Shown in pieces: positions 33,181 through 43,956 of a stretch of 64,000 bases of DNA. The stretch spans positions 3,100,001 to 3,164,000 of the forward strand of contig AP024664.1 of assembly GCA_024346625.1 (NCBI GenBank), in the 5' to 3' direction. The position numbers were made by a program, and so were the translations under genes. The number at the start of each line of letters is the position of its first letter. Positions within the stretch are counted from its first letter, which is position 1. This stretch comes from Williopsis jadinii (lineage: Eukaryota). Below the pieces are notes generated by a model that worked only from the letters and a program-made list of their open reading frames with translations, was not told the origin of the DNA and ran no database searches.

Positions 33181-35799
33181 ATGTCTAGCTATAACTTCAC
33201 CCCTGGCTCGCCAACCTCTGCTGAGGGCTTTGGCGAGGAGCTGCCACACCCAAAGCACGTGAGACGCTTTACCGGGTTCTCTCCTGCGGAGATCAAGTCC
33301 ATTGACAGTGTGATTCCGCTGAAGAGCCGTGAGACGTGGAAGAAGTTTGCCGTGGAGAACTTCACCGATAACGCTGGGTTCGAGAAGGGCTTTGTCCGCC
33401 ACGTTGAGACCACCCTTGCAAGATCCATCTACAACTGCGATGAGCTGGCTGCTTACCAGGCCACCTCCAACACGATGAGAGACAACCTGATCACCAACTG
33501 GAACAAGACGCAGCAGAAGCAGACCACCAAGGACCAGAAGAGAGTCTACTACTTGTCGTTGGAGTTTCTGATGGGCAGGGCGCTAGACAATGCGCTGATC
33601 AACACTGATAACAGAGAGCTGGTTGACGCCTCTGTCGATGAGCTCGGGTTCAAGCTGGAAGACTTGCTGGAGCAGGAGCCAGACGCTGCTCTGGGTAACG
33701 GTGGTTTGGGTCGTCTTGCGGCCTGTTTTATCGATTCCTTGTCCACTGGTAAATACCCAGGCTGGGGCTACGGTTTGCGTTATCAGTACGGTATCTTTGC
33801 TCAGAAGATCATTGACGGTTACCAGGTTGAAACTCCAGACTACTGGCTCAAGTTCTCCAACCCGTGGGAGATCCCACGTAAGGAGATTCAGATCCCAGTG
33901 GACTTCTACGGCCACGTTGAACACCATAAGGATGCCCATGGTAAGGTCAAATCCACCTGGGTCGGAGGTGAACGTGTCATTGCAGTCGCCTACGACTTCC
34001 CAGTTCCTGGTTATAAGAGCGAGAATGTGAACAACTTGCGTTTATGGTCTGCTGAGCCAACCACTGAGTTCGACTTTGCCAAATTCAACTCTGGTGATTA
34101 CCAAAACTCTGTCCGTGGCCAGCAGTCTGCTGAGTCCATCACTGCTGTGTTGTATCCAAACGATAACTTTGACTCTGGTAAGGAGCTGCGTTTGAAACAA
34201 CAATACTTCTGGGTTTGTGCTTCTTTGCACGACATTGTCAGACGTTTCAAGAAGACTAAGCGTCCATGGTCTGAGTTCCCAGAGCAAATTGCCATTCAAT
34301 TGAACGACACTCACCCAACTTTGGCCATCCCAGAGTTGCAGCGTGTCTTGGTTGATTTGGAAGGCTTGGAGTGGGATGAGGCCTGGGCAATTGTCACAGA
34401 GACCTTTGGCTACACTAACCATACCGTCATGCAAGAGGCATTGGAGAAATGGCCAGTGTCATTGATGGAGAGATTGTTGCCACGTCATTTGGAGATCATC
34501 TATGACATCAACTTGTTCTTCTTACAACACGTTGAGAAGAAGTTCCCTAAGGATCGTGATCTCTTGTCCCGTGTATCCATTGTGGAGGAGGCCTCTGCAA
34601 AGAACATCAGAATGGCTTACTTGGCTATCATTGGTTCTCACAAGGTTAACGGTGTTGCTGAATTGCACTCTGAATTGCTAAAGACCACGATCTTCAAGGA
34701 CTTTGTCAACATCTACGGTGCCTCCAAGTTTACAAACGTTACCAACGGTATCACTCCAAGAAGATGGTTGAGACAGGCCAACCCAGGTTTGGCTGCTTTG
34801 ATCAAGTCCAAGCTTGGTTCCGATGATTACTTGAAGGACTTGACCCTCTTGAAGGAATTGGAGCAGTACGCTGATGATGAAGAGTTCCAAAAGCAGTGGG
34901 CTCAGGTTAAGCTTGACAACAAGATTAGACTTGTTGCTTTGATCAAGAAGCTCACCGGTATCGAGATCAAGAACCCAGACGTGTTGTTTGACATCCAAGT
35001 TAAGCGTATTCACGAGTACAAACGTCAACAGTTGAACATCTTTGGTGTCATTGCTCGTTACCTTCAAATCAAGAAGGCCTCACCAGAGGAGCGTGAAAAG
35101 ATCTTGCCAAAGGTTTGCATCTTTGGTGGTAAGTCTGCTCCAGGTTACTACATGGCGAAGCTCATCATCAAGTTGATCAACTCCGTGTCCGAAGCCATCA
35201 ACAACGATCCAGATGTCGGTGATTTGTTGAAGGTTGTCTTCATCCCAGACTACAATGTTTCTAAGGCTGAGGTTATCATCCCAGCTTCTGACTTGTCTGA
35301 GCATATCTCTACTGCTGGTACAGAGGCATCCGGTACTTCCAACATGAAGTTCGTGATGAATGGTGGTTTGATCATTGGTACCGTCGATGGTGCCAACGTT
35401 GAACTCACCAGAGAGTGTGGAGAGGACAACATCTTCTTGTTTGGTCACTTGGCTGAGCGTGTCGAGGACATTAGACACGAGCACCGTTTCAGTGGCTACA
35501 AGATCCCAGAGACGTTGGAGGCTGTGTTTGATGCCATTGAGAATGGCAGCTTCGGTAATGGTGACGAGTTCAGAACCCTCATCGACTCCATCAAGTACCA
35601 AGGTGATCACTACTTGGTTTCTGATGACTTTGAGTCGTACTTGCAAGCCCATGAGCTTGTTGACGAGGCCTACTTGGACCAAAAGGCTTGGATCAAGAAG
35701 TCCATCATCAACGTTGCAAACACCGGCTTCTTCTCCTCTGACAGATGTATCCAAGAGTACGCTGAAGGTATCTGGAACATTGAGCCAATTGAGCAATGA
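33181..35799 (+). CDS. GPH1: Glycogen phosphorylase
   Basis: RRFTGF regulatory site, LGNGGLGRLAACF, QLNDTHP, KRIHEYKRQ, PLP motif EASGTSNMK. Confidence 0.98.
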   Translation: MSSYNFTPGSPTSAEGFGEELPHPKHVRRFTGFSPAEIKSIDSVIPLKSRETWKKFAVENFTDNAGFEKGFVRHVETTLARSIYNCDELAAYQATSNTMRDNLITNWNKTQQKQTTKDQKRVYYLSLEFLMGRALDNALINTDNRELVDASVDELGFKLEDLLEQEPDAALGNGGLGRLAACFIDSLSTGKYPGWGYGLRYQYGIFAQKIIDGYQVETPDYWLKFSNPWEIPRKEIQIPVDFYGHVEHHKDAHGKVKSTWVGGERVIAVAYDFPVPGYKSENVNNLRLWSAEPTTEFDFAKFNSGDYQNSVRGQQSAESITAVLYPNDNFDSGKELRLKQQYFWVCASLHDIVRRFKKTKRPWSEFPEQIAIQLNDTHPTLAIPELQRVLVDLEGLEWDEAWAIVTETFGYTNHTVMQEALEKWPVSLMERLLPRHLEIIYDINLFFLQHVEKKFPKDRDLLSRVSIVEEASAKNIRMAYLAIIGSHKVNGVAELHSELLKTTIFKDFVNIYGASKFTNVTNGITPRRWLRQANPGLAALIKSKLGSDDYLKDLTLLKELEQYADDEEFQKQWAQVKLDNKIRLVALIKKLTGIEIKNPDVLFDIQVKRIHEYKRQQLNIFGVIARYLQIKKASPEEREKILPKVCIFGGKSAPGYYMAKLIIKLINSVSEAINNDPDVGDLLKVVFIPDYNVSKAEVIIPASDLSEHISTAGTEASGTSNMKFVMNGGLIIGTVDGANVELTRECGEDNIFLFGHLAERVEDIRHEHRFSGYKIPETLEAVFDAIENGSFGNGDEFRTLIDSIKYQGDHYLVSDDFESYLQAHELVDEAYLDQKAWIKKSIINVANTGFFSSDRCIQEYAEGIWNIEPIEQ

Positions 35800-35901
35800 G
35801 TTAATTAGTAATCTCTGTGGGTGTGTATGTGGTTTTCAGTTTATATAAATGTTTTGTTTGCCTGTTGTGAGGTAGTTTGGGTTGTAAATATTGCTGTCTA
35901 A

Positions 35902-35940
35902 GTCCTCTGCCTACGTCCTCTGCCTGCGTCCTCCGCCTAC
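35902..35940. repeat. 13-bp tandem repeat (GTCCTCTGCCTAC) x3
   Basis: Read directly between GPH1 and KEX1. Confidence 0.85.
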
Positions 35941-36172
35941 GCCCCACAGCCTGCCTGCCTAATCAGTCCCGTAGGCAGTGACGCGCCCGCCAGCTCCCTC
36001 CGCGACGCAGGCTGAGAAGACATTTTACGGCGAACAAAACGGGAAAATGTGGGCTGCCCGCCCGCTTATCTTCACGAAATTTTCACATTCGGCTCAGCCT
36101 AGAAAGAAAATAGATGAAACAATCCCATCACTTGGAAAGGAAGAAGGGGCTGTTCTCATTAACAGGTTTCAA

Positions 36173-38095
36173 ATGAGGTGGTCGTGGGTGTTGTTTTTAA
36201 GTGTCAATATCCTCACCTGTGCACTGTGCTCTCCAATTGGGCTCGGTGAGGAGGAGGGAAGCGGTGATCCAAGCACTCCTGGGCAGAAATACCAGGTCCT
36301 TGACTTACCAGGCCTGGCCAACGTCCCAGAAGAACTGAGACCCGTAATGCATGCTGGACATATTGCACTGGACCCAAGTGATGTTGCAAATTCGACAAAG
36401 CTCTTCTTTTGGAAGTTCCAGAAGCAGGATGTTGAGTTCAACAGAACAATCTTTTGGTTGAACGGAGGCCCTGGTTGTTCTTCTATGGATGGTGCGCTTA
36501 TGGAGACGGGCCCGTTACGCGTGGACGGTTCCGGGAACCTAAACATCAACACCGGGTCGTGGTATGAGGGTGCTGATCTGATATTTGTCGACCAGCCTGG
36601 TGGGACTGGCTTCAGTACAACGAAGAACTACGATACTGAATTGAGCCAAATTGCAGCCGATTTTGTAACGTTCTTGACGGAGTATTTCAAGGTGTTTCCT
36701 GAGGATAAAGACAACGCGATCTTCTTGGCTGGCGAGAGTTATGCTGGTCAGTATATTCCTTTCATTGCGGATGCGATTCTGAGATCCAACAAGGTGGATG
36801 GCTCAGGTTTCAACCTCGAAGGACTTCTCATTGGTAACGGTTGGATAGATCCAAATGTTCAGAGCATGAGTTACATCCCATATCTTCTCGATGCTGAGAT
36901 TATCCACCCAGATGATGATTTCATACCATCGCTGTTGAAACAACAGGAGAAATGCCAAAACGATGTCAACAATGGCATAGGTAAGGAGAAATTCTACGTC
37001 AATAGTTGTGACCTGATCCTCTCCAAGATCCTGAGCGCAACAAGGGACAAGACTAAGCCAAAGGATGAACAGTGTATCAACATGTACGACACAAGACTGA
37101 GAGACTCGTATCCAAGCTGTGGTATGAATTGGCCACCAGATTTACCTAACGTTCAGAAATGGCTACGTGATGTAGCTGTGGTGAAGGCCTTGAACCTTGA
37201 CCCTAATGACGTTGCTGAGTGGAGAGAATGTGATGGGCAAGTGTCCAAGTACTTGAAGAATAGTGAATCGAAACCAAGTATCGAACTATTGCCTGGCTTG
37301 CTGGAGCAATTGAACGTTGTTCTATTCAACGGTGATAAGGACATCATATGTAACAACTACGGTGTGCTTGATTTGATCTCCAAGATGACGTGGAACGGTG
37401 CCTTGGGATTTGATGACGATGCAGAGGAGTTTGACTGGAGGTATAACGGCTTATCTACAGGTACTGTTAAGCATAGTAGAAACCTGACTTTCATTGACAT
37501 CTTTGACTCTTCCCACATGGTTCCCTTCGACAAGCCTGAGGATTCCAGAGGCGTGTTTGACCTCATAGTTGGAAATTACAGGCTGATAGAGTCTGCAAAT
37601 GAAACGTTTGTGGAAACACCTGTCTACCAGAACAATGCCCTCATATGGCCAAGTGAGGGTAACAAGAGTGCTGACGACAATGACGACAGTGGTGGTGATG
37701 ACTCTACCCCACCTGCACAGCACAAGAGCATATTCCCGTTCATTCTTTACTTGCTGTTCATTGTCATAGTTGGTGCCATCATTCTGCACTTCAGAGGCCA
37801 TAAGGCTCCAAACAAAAACTCGATATTGAGAACGACGGCAGGCAATAACAAGAAATCGTCTGTAAAGAAGACCGTTTCATGGGCTGATGACAACGCTGAG
37901 GATAGCAGTGCCCAATCAGCCACTAAGAGTGGCAAGTTTGGAGAGTTCTTCAACAACTACACAACCCAAAAGAAAGGATACAAGGCACCGGGCTCTCATG
38001 ATGACGATTACGAAGACATCGAACTGCAAGAGCACGACGACGCTAGCTTCGACCTGGATAGAGAGCTCGAAAATGATCGAAGCAACATGGTTTGA
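36173..38095 (+). CDS. KEX1: Golgi serine carboxypeptidase (pheromone/killer toxin processing)
   Basis: Signal peptide MRWSWVLFL.., WLNGGPGCSSMDG, GESYAG, SHMVPFD, C-terminal TM and KKTVSWAD tail. Confidence 0.93.
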   Translation: MRWSWVLFLSVNILTCALCSPIGLGEEEGSGDPSTPGQKYQVLDLPGLANVPEELRPVMHAGHIALDPSDVANSTKLFFWKFQKQDVEFNRTIFWLNGGPGCSSMDGALMETGPLRVDGSGNLNINTGSWYEGADLIFVDQPGGTGFSTTKNYDTELSQIAADFVTFLTEYFKVFPEDKDNAIFLAGESYAGQYIPFIADAILRSNKVDGSGFNLEGLLIGNGWIDPNVQSMSYIPYLLDAEIIHPDDDFIPSLLKQQEKCQNDVNNGIGKEKFYVNSCDLILSKILSATRDKTKPKDEQCINMYDTRLRDSYPSCGMNWPPDLPNVQKWLRDVAVVKALNLDPNDVAEWRECDGQVSKYLKNSESKPSIELLPGLLEQLNVVLFNGDKDIICNNYGVLDLISKMTWNGALGFDDDAEEFDWRYNGLSTGTVKHSRNLTFIDIFDSSHMVPFDKPEDSRGVFDLIVGNYRLIESANETFVETPVYQNNALIWPSEGNKSADDNDDSGGDDSTPPAQHKSIFPFILYLLFIVIVGAIILHFRGHKAPNKNSILRTTAGNNKKSSVKKTVSWADDNAEDSSAQSATKSGKFGEFFNNYTTQKKGYKAPGSHDDDYEDIELQEHDDASFDLDRELENDRSNMV

Positions 38096-38340
38096 AGCAT
38101 AGGACCTATGTTTGTAATGTTGTACTCCACTGTGTTTTGTGTTTTTATCGAATATTTGTATACAATGTGGACACCGAGTTTGGGTGTCTTTGTGTAAAGA
38201 TTAGCCCTATATTGAAGTGTTGTAGAGATTGTATCCATCTCTGTTAACGATCTCCACGATACGAAGGTATCTACAAGTGTCTCTAGTGCTTTGCAGCCTC
38301 ATTCTACAGGCTAGTGTTGATAATTAGCTATTTATCTGTG

Positions 38341-39186
38341 ATGGACAAAGACCTCAAGTCGGTGTTTTACAGAGAGCCCCGTAAGCCACTACGGTTGATA
38401 ACCAGCTTCCAGCCATCTACACCAGCATTTGAGAAACACCTGGGGCGTACGTTCAAGGTAACAGTGGACAGACCTCCTCATTTGGCCAGGAAATCGGGAG
38501 GGTTCCGTAGCCGTCCTCCAAGTGGCATTGGAACACAGTCAACATTGAACCATGAGCCGGTCAAGTTGGACTCTTTCCTCACTGGGGAGCATGATGTTGT
38601 ACAGCAGGGCCAGTTTGCTGTTACAATTCCAATCCACAAGCTCAAAACCATTGAAAAGTCTGTGAATGACTATTTAAACTCCTATACGTTGGATGATTTG
38701 AATTCTATGTTTGACACGTTTGCATATATGGCCTTGGTGTGCTTCTCCTGCTTTGCGCAAGAACTTCTCCAGCTGAACAGGGATGCATTCTTCATGGTTG
38801 TTCCCATGATCTTTGTTTGTTCTTTAAGGTTGGCTTTGAAACCTAAGAAGTCAAACCTCACGGCAACTTACATCGATGAGGTGTTGAAAGAACACGGTGT
38901 GCCTCTGGGAACCAGGCGGGCCCTTAATCATGGATTGGCGTTCTATACGCTTGTCATGTTGGTACCTGTTATCAAAATAACATCTTCACTCAAGCTTCAG
39001 GCTGATTATGGGTCTAAACTTGACATTTCCAGTCTACTATTCTTGGGTGGAGTTTTGATTAGCTTGTCCATTAGCTTGGTTCAGAAAGCTCTCTTGAGCT
39101 TCACAATATGTGATATAGCTCTGGTCGGTTGTGTTTCGCCTCATTTGAGTGCCTATGATATTAGAAGCAGTGAATATGAGGATTAA
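38341..39186 (+). CDS. Hypothetical multi-pass membrane protein (281 aa)
   Basis: Open frame with a basic N-terminus and about 4-5 hydrophobic segments; no family recognised. Confidence 0.55.
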   Translation: MDKDLKSVFYREPRKPLRLITSFQPSTPAFEKHLGRTFKVTVDRPPHLARKSGGFRSRPPSGIGTQSTLNHEPVKLDSFLTGEHDVVQQGQFAVTIPIHKLKTIEKSVNDYLNSYTLDDLNSMFDTFAYMALVCFSCFAQELLQLNRDAFFMVVPMIFVCSLRLALKPKKSNLTATYIDEVLKEHGVPLGTRRALNHGLAFYTLVMLVPVIKITSSLKLQADYGSKLDISSLLFLGGVLISLSISLVQKALLSFTICDIALVGCVSPHLSAYDIRSSEYED

Positions 39187-39681
39187 CACCTCTGGAAGAC
39201 TCTACTGGGCTGTGTTGGAACATAATTACAAAAGGAGTTCTTTGAGTGTGAGGCCCTAAGTTCGTTTTACAATTGCATATCTAGCTTCTTAGTCTATGTA
39301 ACTCAAGCAAACCGATGTGTAGCTTCCACTATCGCAGACATCAAAGCATATCACTTTTCTCTTGTGAATTTTAAAGCATCAGGACCATCCTCCGACACCA
39401 TCTCCCTAAAACCTGGCCCTTTGTAAGAGATTTATGCATCCTGGATGTCCATATATGCAGTAACTACATATAATCTTCATGAAGACGCATCATCCGTCGT
39501 GAAAACATTGAATAATGGATTTGGTCATAAGAACACCGAACGTTTGCAACAATTACTTGATACCACGAGTTGTCCGATATGGCCAATTGTGAAGAACATC
39601 ACTGCTCTGATACCATGCCTGGGTTATTGCAGGCTGAATAACCCACTAAAACAAATCAAGTAAAAAGTTGAAAAAAAAATC

Positions 39682-39765
39682 TGAAGGGTGCAAGGTTCGA
39701 ACTCGCGCGGACAAACGTCCAGTAGATCTTAAGTCTACCGCCTTAGACCACTCGGCCAACCCTCC
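39682..39765 (-). tRNA. tRNA-Leu(UAA)
   Basis: GGAGGGTTGGCCGAGTGGTCTAAGGCG-GTAGA CT TAA GA TCTAC-long variable arm-GTTCGAAC; T-run terminator downstream. Confidence 0.96.
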
Positions 39766-40942
39766 GGGCTTCTGCTGAGAAACTAAACACTCTCCAATAT
39801 AAGTGTTTTTCTGGTGTTCGGATGTTCCTATCTATGGACCTGCCAATTTGCAGCATATATCAGCCAGAATCAAGTCTACCGGTTTCGATTGAGGCTAATA
39901 GGAGAGATAATGGTTCAGTAAGAAGAGTTCTGATCAATGTGACAATATAATGGATGCTCGGGTGCGCGCCGTGACGTTTTACTCAATGGAGCGGGAACAT
40001 CTAATGTGATGTTAATGTCTGCCGGTACTGCGCACATCTCTGATATGAGTTTTACTTTTGGCGAGTCTGCTGATAATAATACCAATTGTTATTCATGAAT
40101 ACAATAGAATGGATACACTTTCTATTGTCCATCTTGGAATATTCCTGGTTTTCGGTTGAGAAATATCAAGATTATTATATTAGGCTTTTTTTAGTAATCT
40201 GGAGGCATTTATAAGAAAGATCACATCCATTTTGCGATAGAGAAATTGATATATAGGGCTTGAGTTAATGAAATAACAGGAAAATTCAAAGTTGTACACC
40301 AGACCATTTATTATTCATAACAATAGCCTAATTATCTTACAGTCCGTTCAATTTCACCACATTATACGTGACTCTGGTGCTGCTGAGCGTTGGAAAGGCT
40401 CTCCAGAATTGACATTTTCCACGTTCTGTACATACTTGAAGAACCAAAGCCTACATCAACTCCTTCTCTAGCATAGTTCTGTAATCGTCCTGTGATTTAG
40501 CACTTGCTCCTCATAGTTTACTGAATCTCTCTAGGCGTAGCCTCACACAATGTTTGATCAATGTTGGCCATTGGCCTTCATATCCAGTGTAGTTTCGTCA
40601 TTTGAACACCTCAGCGAGATATGCATCAACTCGGCCAGTCTCAAGGACTCCATGATGAACTACAACAACTACAAGAAAACACCTTTTTAATAACCATTTC
40701 AATTAGCCAAAAGACATGCACATCATCTCGACAGCTTTACCAACTGTTGAGAGAAAAGTCTTCATTCAAAAAAACACAGATACAAAAGTTAAACCATGAA
40801 CCCATCAATACACTCGATGAAACGAAACCATAATTTCAACGATGACAAGAGAAGAAAATACACAAACATAGGTCCAAATGCGTTTGGGCATTTAACCCTA
40901 TCAATGACACAATTCAATTTCATATCCAACGGAATCTAGCAT

Positions 40943-42817
40943 TTAAGCAGATTCAGCTGGAGCAGCAGCAGCAGCAGCTGGAGCAGTCTCTTCAGCAGCC
41001 TCTGGAGAAGCTTGTTGTTGCTCGTTTTGCTTGAACTCCTCATAAGCCTCAAGAGCATCGTCAAAGTGTTGCTTGAACAAGTCATCATCACCCAACAAGG
41101 AGATGATCTCATCGTTCTCCAAGCCGAGAAGCATACCGGTAATCTTACCAGCAGATTCTGGGTCTTGAGCCTTACCGGTGGCAACAACCTTAGAGTAAAG
41201 CTCCTCACCGAGGATTCTCTTGTGTTGGTCTTCTGGAGCGTTGGCAAGGGCTTGAGCCAAGTTGGCACTGACATCCTCACGGTTTTGTCTTCTGTTACCT
41301 CCACGGTTGTTGAAACCACGTTGACCTTGTCTGTAGTCCTGGAATTGTGGTGGACCGTACATACCGTTTGGAATTTGACGACCAGCCCATTGACCTTGTG
41401 GTGGAATACCTTGACCTGGTCTTGGAATACCTTGCATCATGAATTGACCTGGCATTGGACCTCTTGGTGGGTAAACACCTGGTTGTTGACCGTAAAAGAC
41501 TGGTGGAATGAATTGGCCTGGAATACCAGAAGCAGCTTGTTGCATTCTCATTTGGTTCTTAGCCATGATTTGTTGTTGGATTTGGGAACGTCTAGCCTCC
41601 TTCTTTTGAGCCAAAGCAACGTACAATGGCTTGTTAACCAACATGTGTTGGTTCATCTCACTGAGAGCCTTGGAAGCCTCATCTGGAGAGGTGAAAGCGA
41701 CAAAACCGAAACCCTTGGACTTACCAGCTTCATCACGCATAACCTTGGCAGAGGTGATGGTACCGAATGGGGAGAACTCCTCACGCAATCTGTCATCGTC
41801 AATGGTGTCGTCCAAGTTCTTGATGAACAAGTTAACACCTTGTGACTTGGTCAAAGAGGCAGCACGGTAAGCATCATACTTCTTCTTCAATTGCTCACGA
41901 CGTTCGTACTTCTTTTGAGCACGACCAACGTACAACTTCTTACCCTTGAATTCGGTATCGTTCAACTCCTCAATGGCCTTGGTAGCAGACTCGTGCTCAG
42001 CAAAGTTGACGAAACCGAAACCCTTTGACTTACCTTCAGCGTCAGATTGCAAGACAAAGGAGGTGATGGCACCGAATGGCTTGAACAACTCCTCAACTTC
42101 CTCAGCAGTAGCCTCGAGGTCAATGTTCTTGACGTAAACGTTGGTGAAGGTTTCCTCGATGGCGTTAGCCTTGGATTCACGCTCCTCACGGGACAAGTGC
42201 TTAGCGACGTAAACGATTTGACCGTTCAAGTCCATACCGTTAACCGCCTCAATGGCAGCCTCAGCAGCCTCGGCAGTCTCATAGTGGACGAAACCGAAAC
42301 CCTTGGACTTACCATCCAAGTCAGTGGCGACTTTACAAGAGAGAATTCTACCAAAGGTGGAGAATGTGTCGTGCAAGGCCTTGTTGTCGATAGCAGCATC
42401 CAAGTTCTTGATGAAAATGTTACCAGCACCAGATCTTCTCAACGATGGGTCACGTTGGGAGAGCATGATTCTCATTGGACGGCCGTTGACTGGAGAGTAG
42501 TTCAACTCGTCAATGGCCTTTTGGCCATCCTTTGGATCGTCAAAGTTGACGTAGGCGTAACCCAATGATCTCTTGGTGACAGCATCACGACAGACACGGA
42601 TAGAGGACACTGGTCCGATGGCGGTGAACACCTCGAACAAAGTGGCTTCAGACACATTTGGCTCCAATTCACCAACGTACAGAGAAGCACCGACAGCTGG
42701 GGTGGAGCTTTGCTCCTCAGACTTCTCGGTGGTTTCAGATGGAGCGACTGGGGACTCCTCCTCAACTTTCAAGGCCTCAAGCTCCTGAGTGGTCTTTTCA
42801 ATTTGTTCAGCAGACAT
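40943..42817 (-). CDS. PAB1: Poly(A)-binding protein
   Basis: Four RRMs (SLGYAYVNF, SKGFGFV x3), P/Q linker, MLLE domain (GKITGMLL). Confidence 0.98.
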   Translation of the reverse strand: MSAEQIEKTTQELEALKVEEESPVAPSETTEKSEEQSSTPAVGASLYVGELEPNVSEATLFEVFTAIGPVSSIRVCRDAVTKRSLGYAYVNFDDPKDGQKAIDELNYSPVNGRPMRIMLSQRDPSLRRSGAGNIFIKNLDAAIDNKALHDTFSTFGRILSCKVATDLDGKSKGFGFVHYETAEAAEAAIEAVNGMDLNGQIVYVAKHLSREERESKANAIEETFTNVYVKNIDLEATAEEVEELFKPFGAITSFVLQSDAEGKSKGFGFVNFAEHESATKAIEELNDTEFKGKKLYVGRAQKKYERREQLKKKYDAYRAASLTKSQGVNLFIKNLDDTIDDDRLREEFSPFGTITSAKVMRDEAGKSKGFGFVAFTSPDEASKALSEMNQHMLVNKPLYVALAQKKEARRSQIQQQIMAKNQMRMQQAASGIPGQFIPPVFYGQQPGVYPPRGPMPGQFMMQGIPRPGQGIPPQGQWAGRQIPNGMYGPPQFQDYRQGQRGFNNRGGNRRQNREDVSANLAQALANAPEDQHKRILGEELYSKVVATGKAQDPESAGKITGMLLGLENDEIISLLGDDDLFKQHFDDALEAYEEFKQNEQQQASPEAAEETAPAAAAAAPAESA

Positions 42818-43135
42818 TGTTTCTAAATTTGATGGAGATCGACACGGACAAAATTGAACTGTGTGTATGGTTTCTGACTTAAAATGGATTCAACGAGTAT
42901 ATATTGGTCTACTCTGTGTGGCCTTTTAAGAATGGTCTATTGAAGGGTTTTTTGAAGGGTTTTTCAATTTTTTTTGGATTTTTTTTTATAACAAAGAAAG
43001 TGAAGTTAGATGAACTTGTGGTATGGTTCTTCTAGTTGGACTTTATGTGATCCCTTTGCTTTCTTGTGTGAAACTTGTGGAGTTGTTCGCTTGAAGAGTG
43101 AAAAAACGAGTAGGAGAAGACAGCAGAGAAGCAAA

Positions 43136-43669
43136 ATTTTTTCCTCGCGTGTGAGGGTTTGAAAATTTTTTTCCGCTGAGGCATCGCCACAAAAACGAAA
43201 AGCGAAAAAGCGACGGAACGAAAAAGCGAAAAAGCGAAAAACACGAAACGAGCCACGAAAAAGCGCAACGACAAACCTCTACGGGAAACATCGCAAAAAT
43301 TTGCCCAGCGGCAACTCTCTTCCCATGTGGTGTACGGGTGTAAGCGCGTGCTTCAAACCACCGCCAGACGCTCCACACCGTCCAGAGGCGAGAAGCAAGC
43401 AGTAAGCACAACAGAGCGAGAGATCACACACTGAATGGGGGCCGGGCACGAAAATATCCCTCGAACGGGTAACACGTATGAGTACAAGTACCAATTGACC
43501 TCCACATAGCTATAAGCGACTCTGAAACCTCGGTCGACACCGAGTTTCCAGTTATTTTCCAACACCTGGTGGCCAATCACATCGCTGTGATTTGTAAACC
43601 GCGCTTTCGGAAGGTAGGGTAACCCACGAATCAAAATTCAAACTTGGGCATCGGAAAGTGAAAAATTTC
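43136..43669. promoter_or_regulatory. PAB1/RLI1 divergent promoter: Rap1 site and RRPE elements
   Basis: ACACCCGTACACC on the - strand at 43329-43341; TGAAAATTTT near 43160 and TGAAAAATTT near 43660. Confidence 0.6.
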
Positions 43670-43956
43670 TGCACACACACACAAAAAATTTTTTTTGCCG
43701 CTGTCGTTGTTGTGTGTGTGTTTTTTTGCTGGCATCGGCTGGAAAAGGAAAAGAAAAAAAGTTTTGGTGATTCTCTCTCTCTCTGTCAGTGTTGTTTTGT
43801 TTATATTTAACACTCTTTATCCTTTCTTCTTGACCATACACTTGTTGCATACCATCAGTTTTCGTCAAGTTCGCTGTCTTTTCTTTCTTTCTTTGCGTTT
43901 TATTGTTTGAAGTTTCGTGTCGTTGAAAAGAGAGCGCCTCATCCCATAGAGAAGAA

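Noticed and set aside
35978..36172. GTG-started extension of KEX1
   Set aside because: Would bury the signal peptide that begins at ATG 36173.
41012..42568. Long antisense ORFs over PAB1 (also over GUS1, GPH1, ARG5,6)
   Set aside because: Expected shadow frames from strong codon bias; no recognisable domains.
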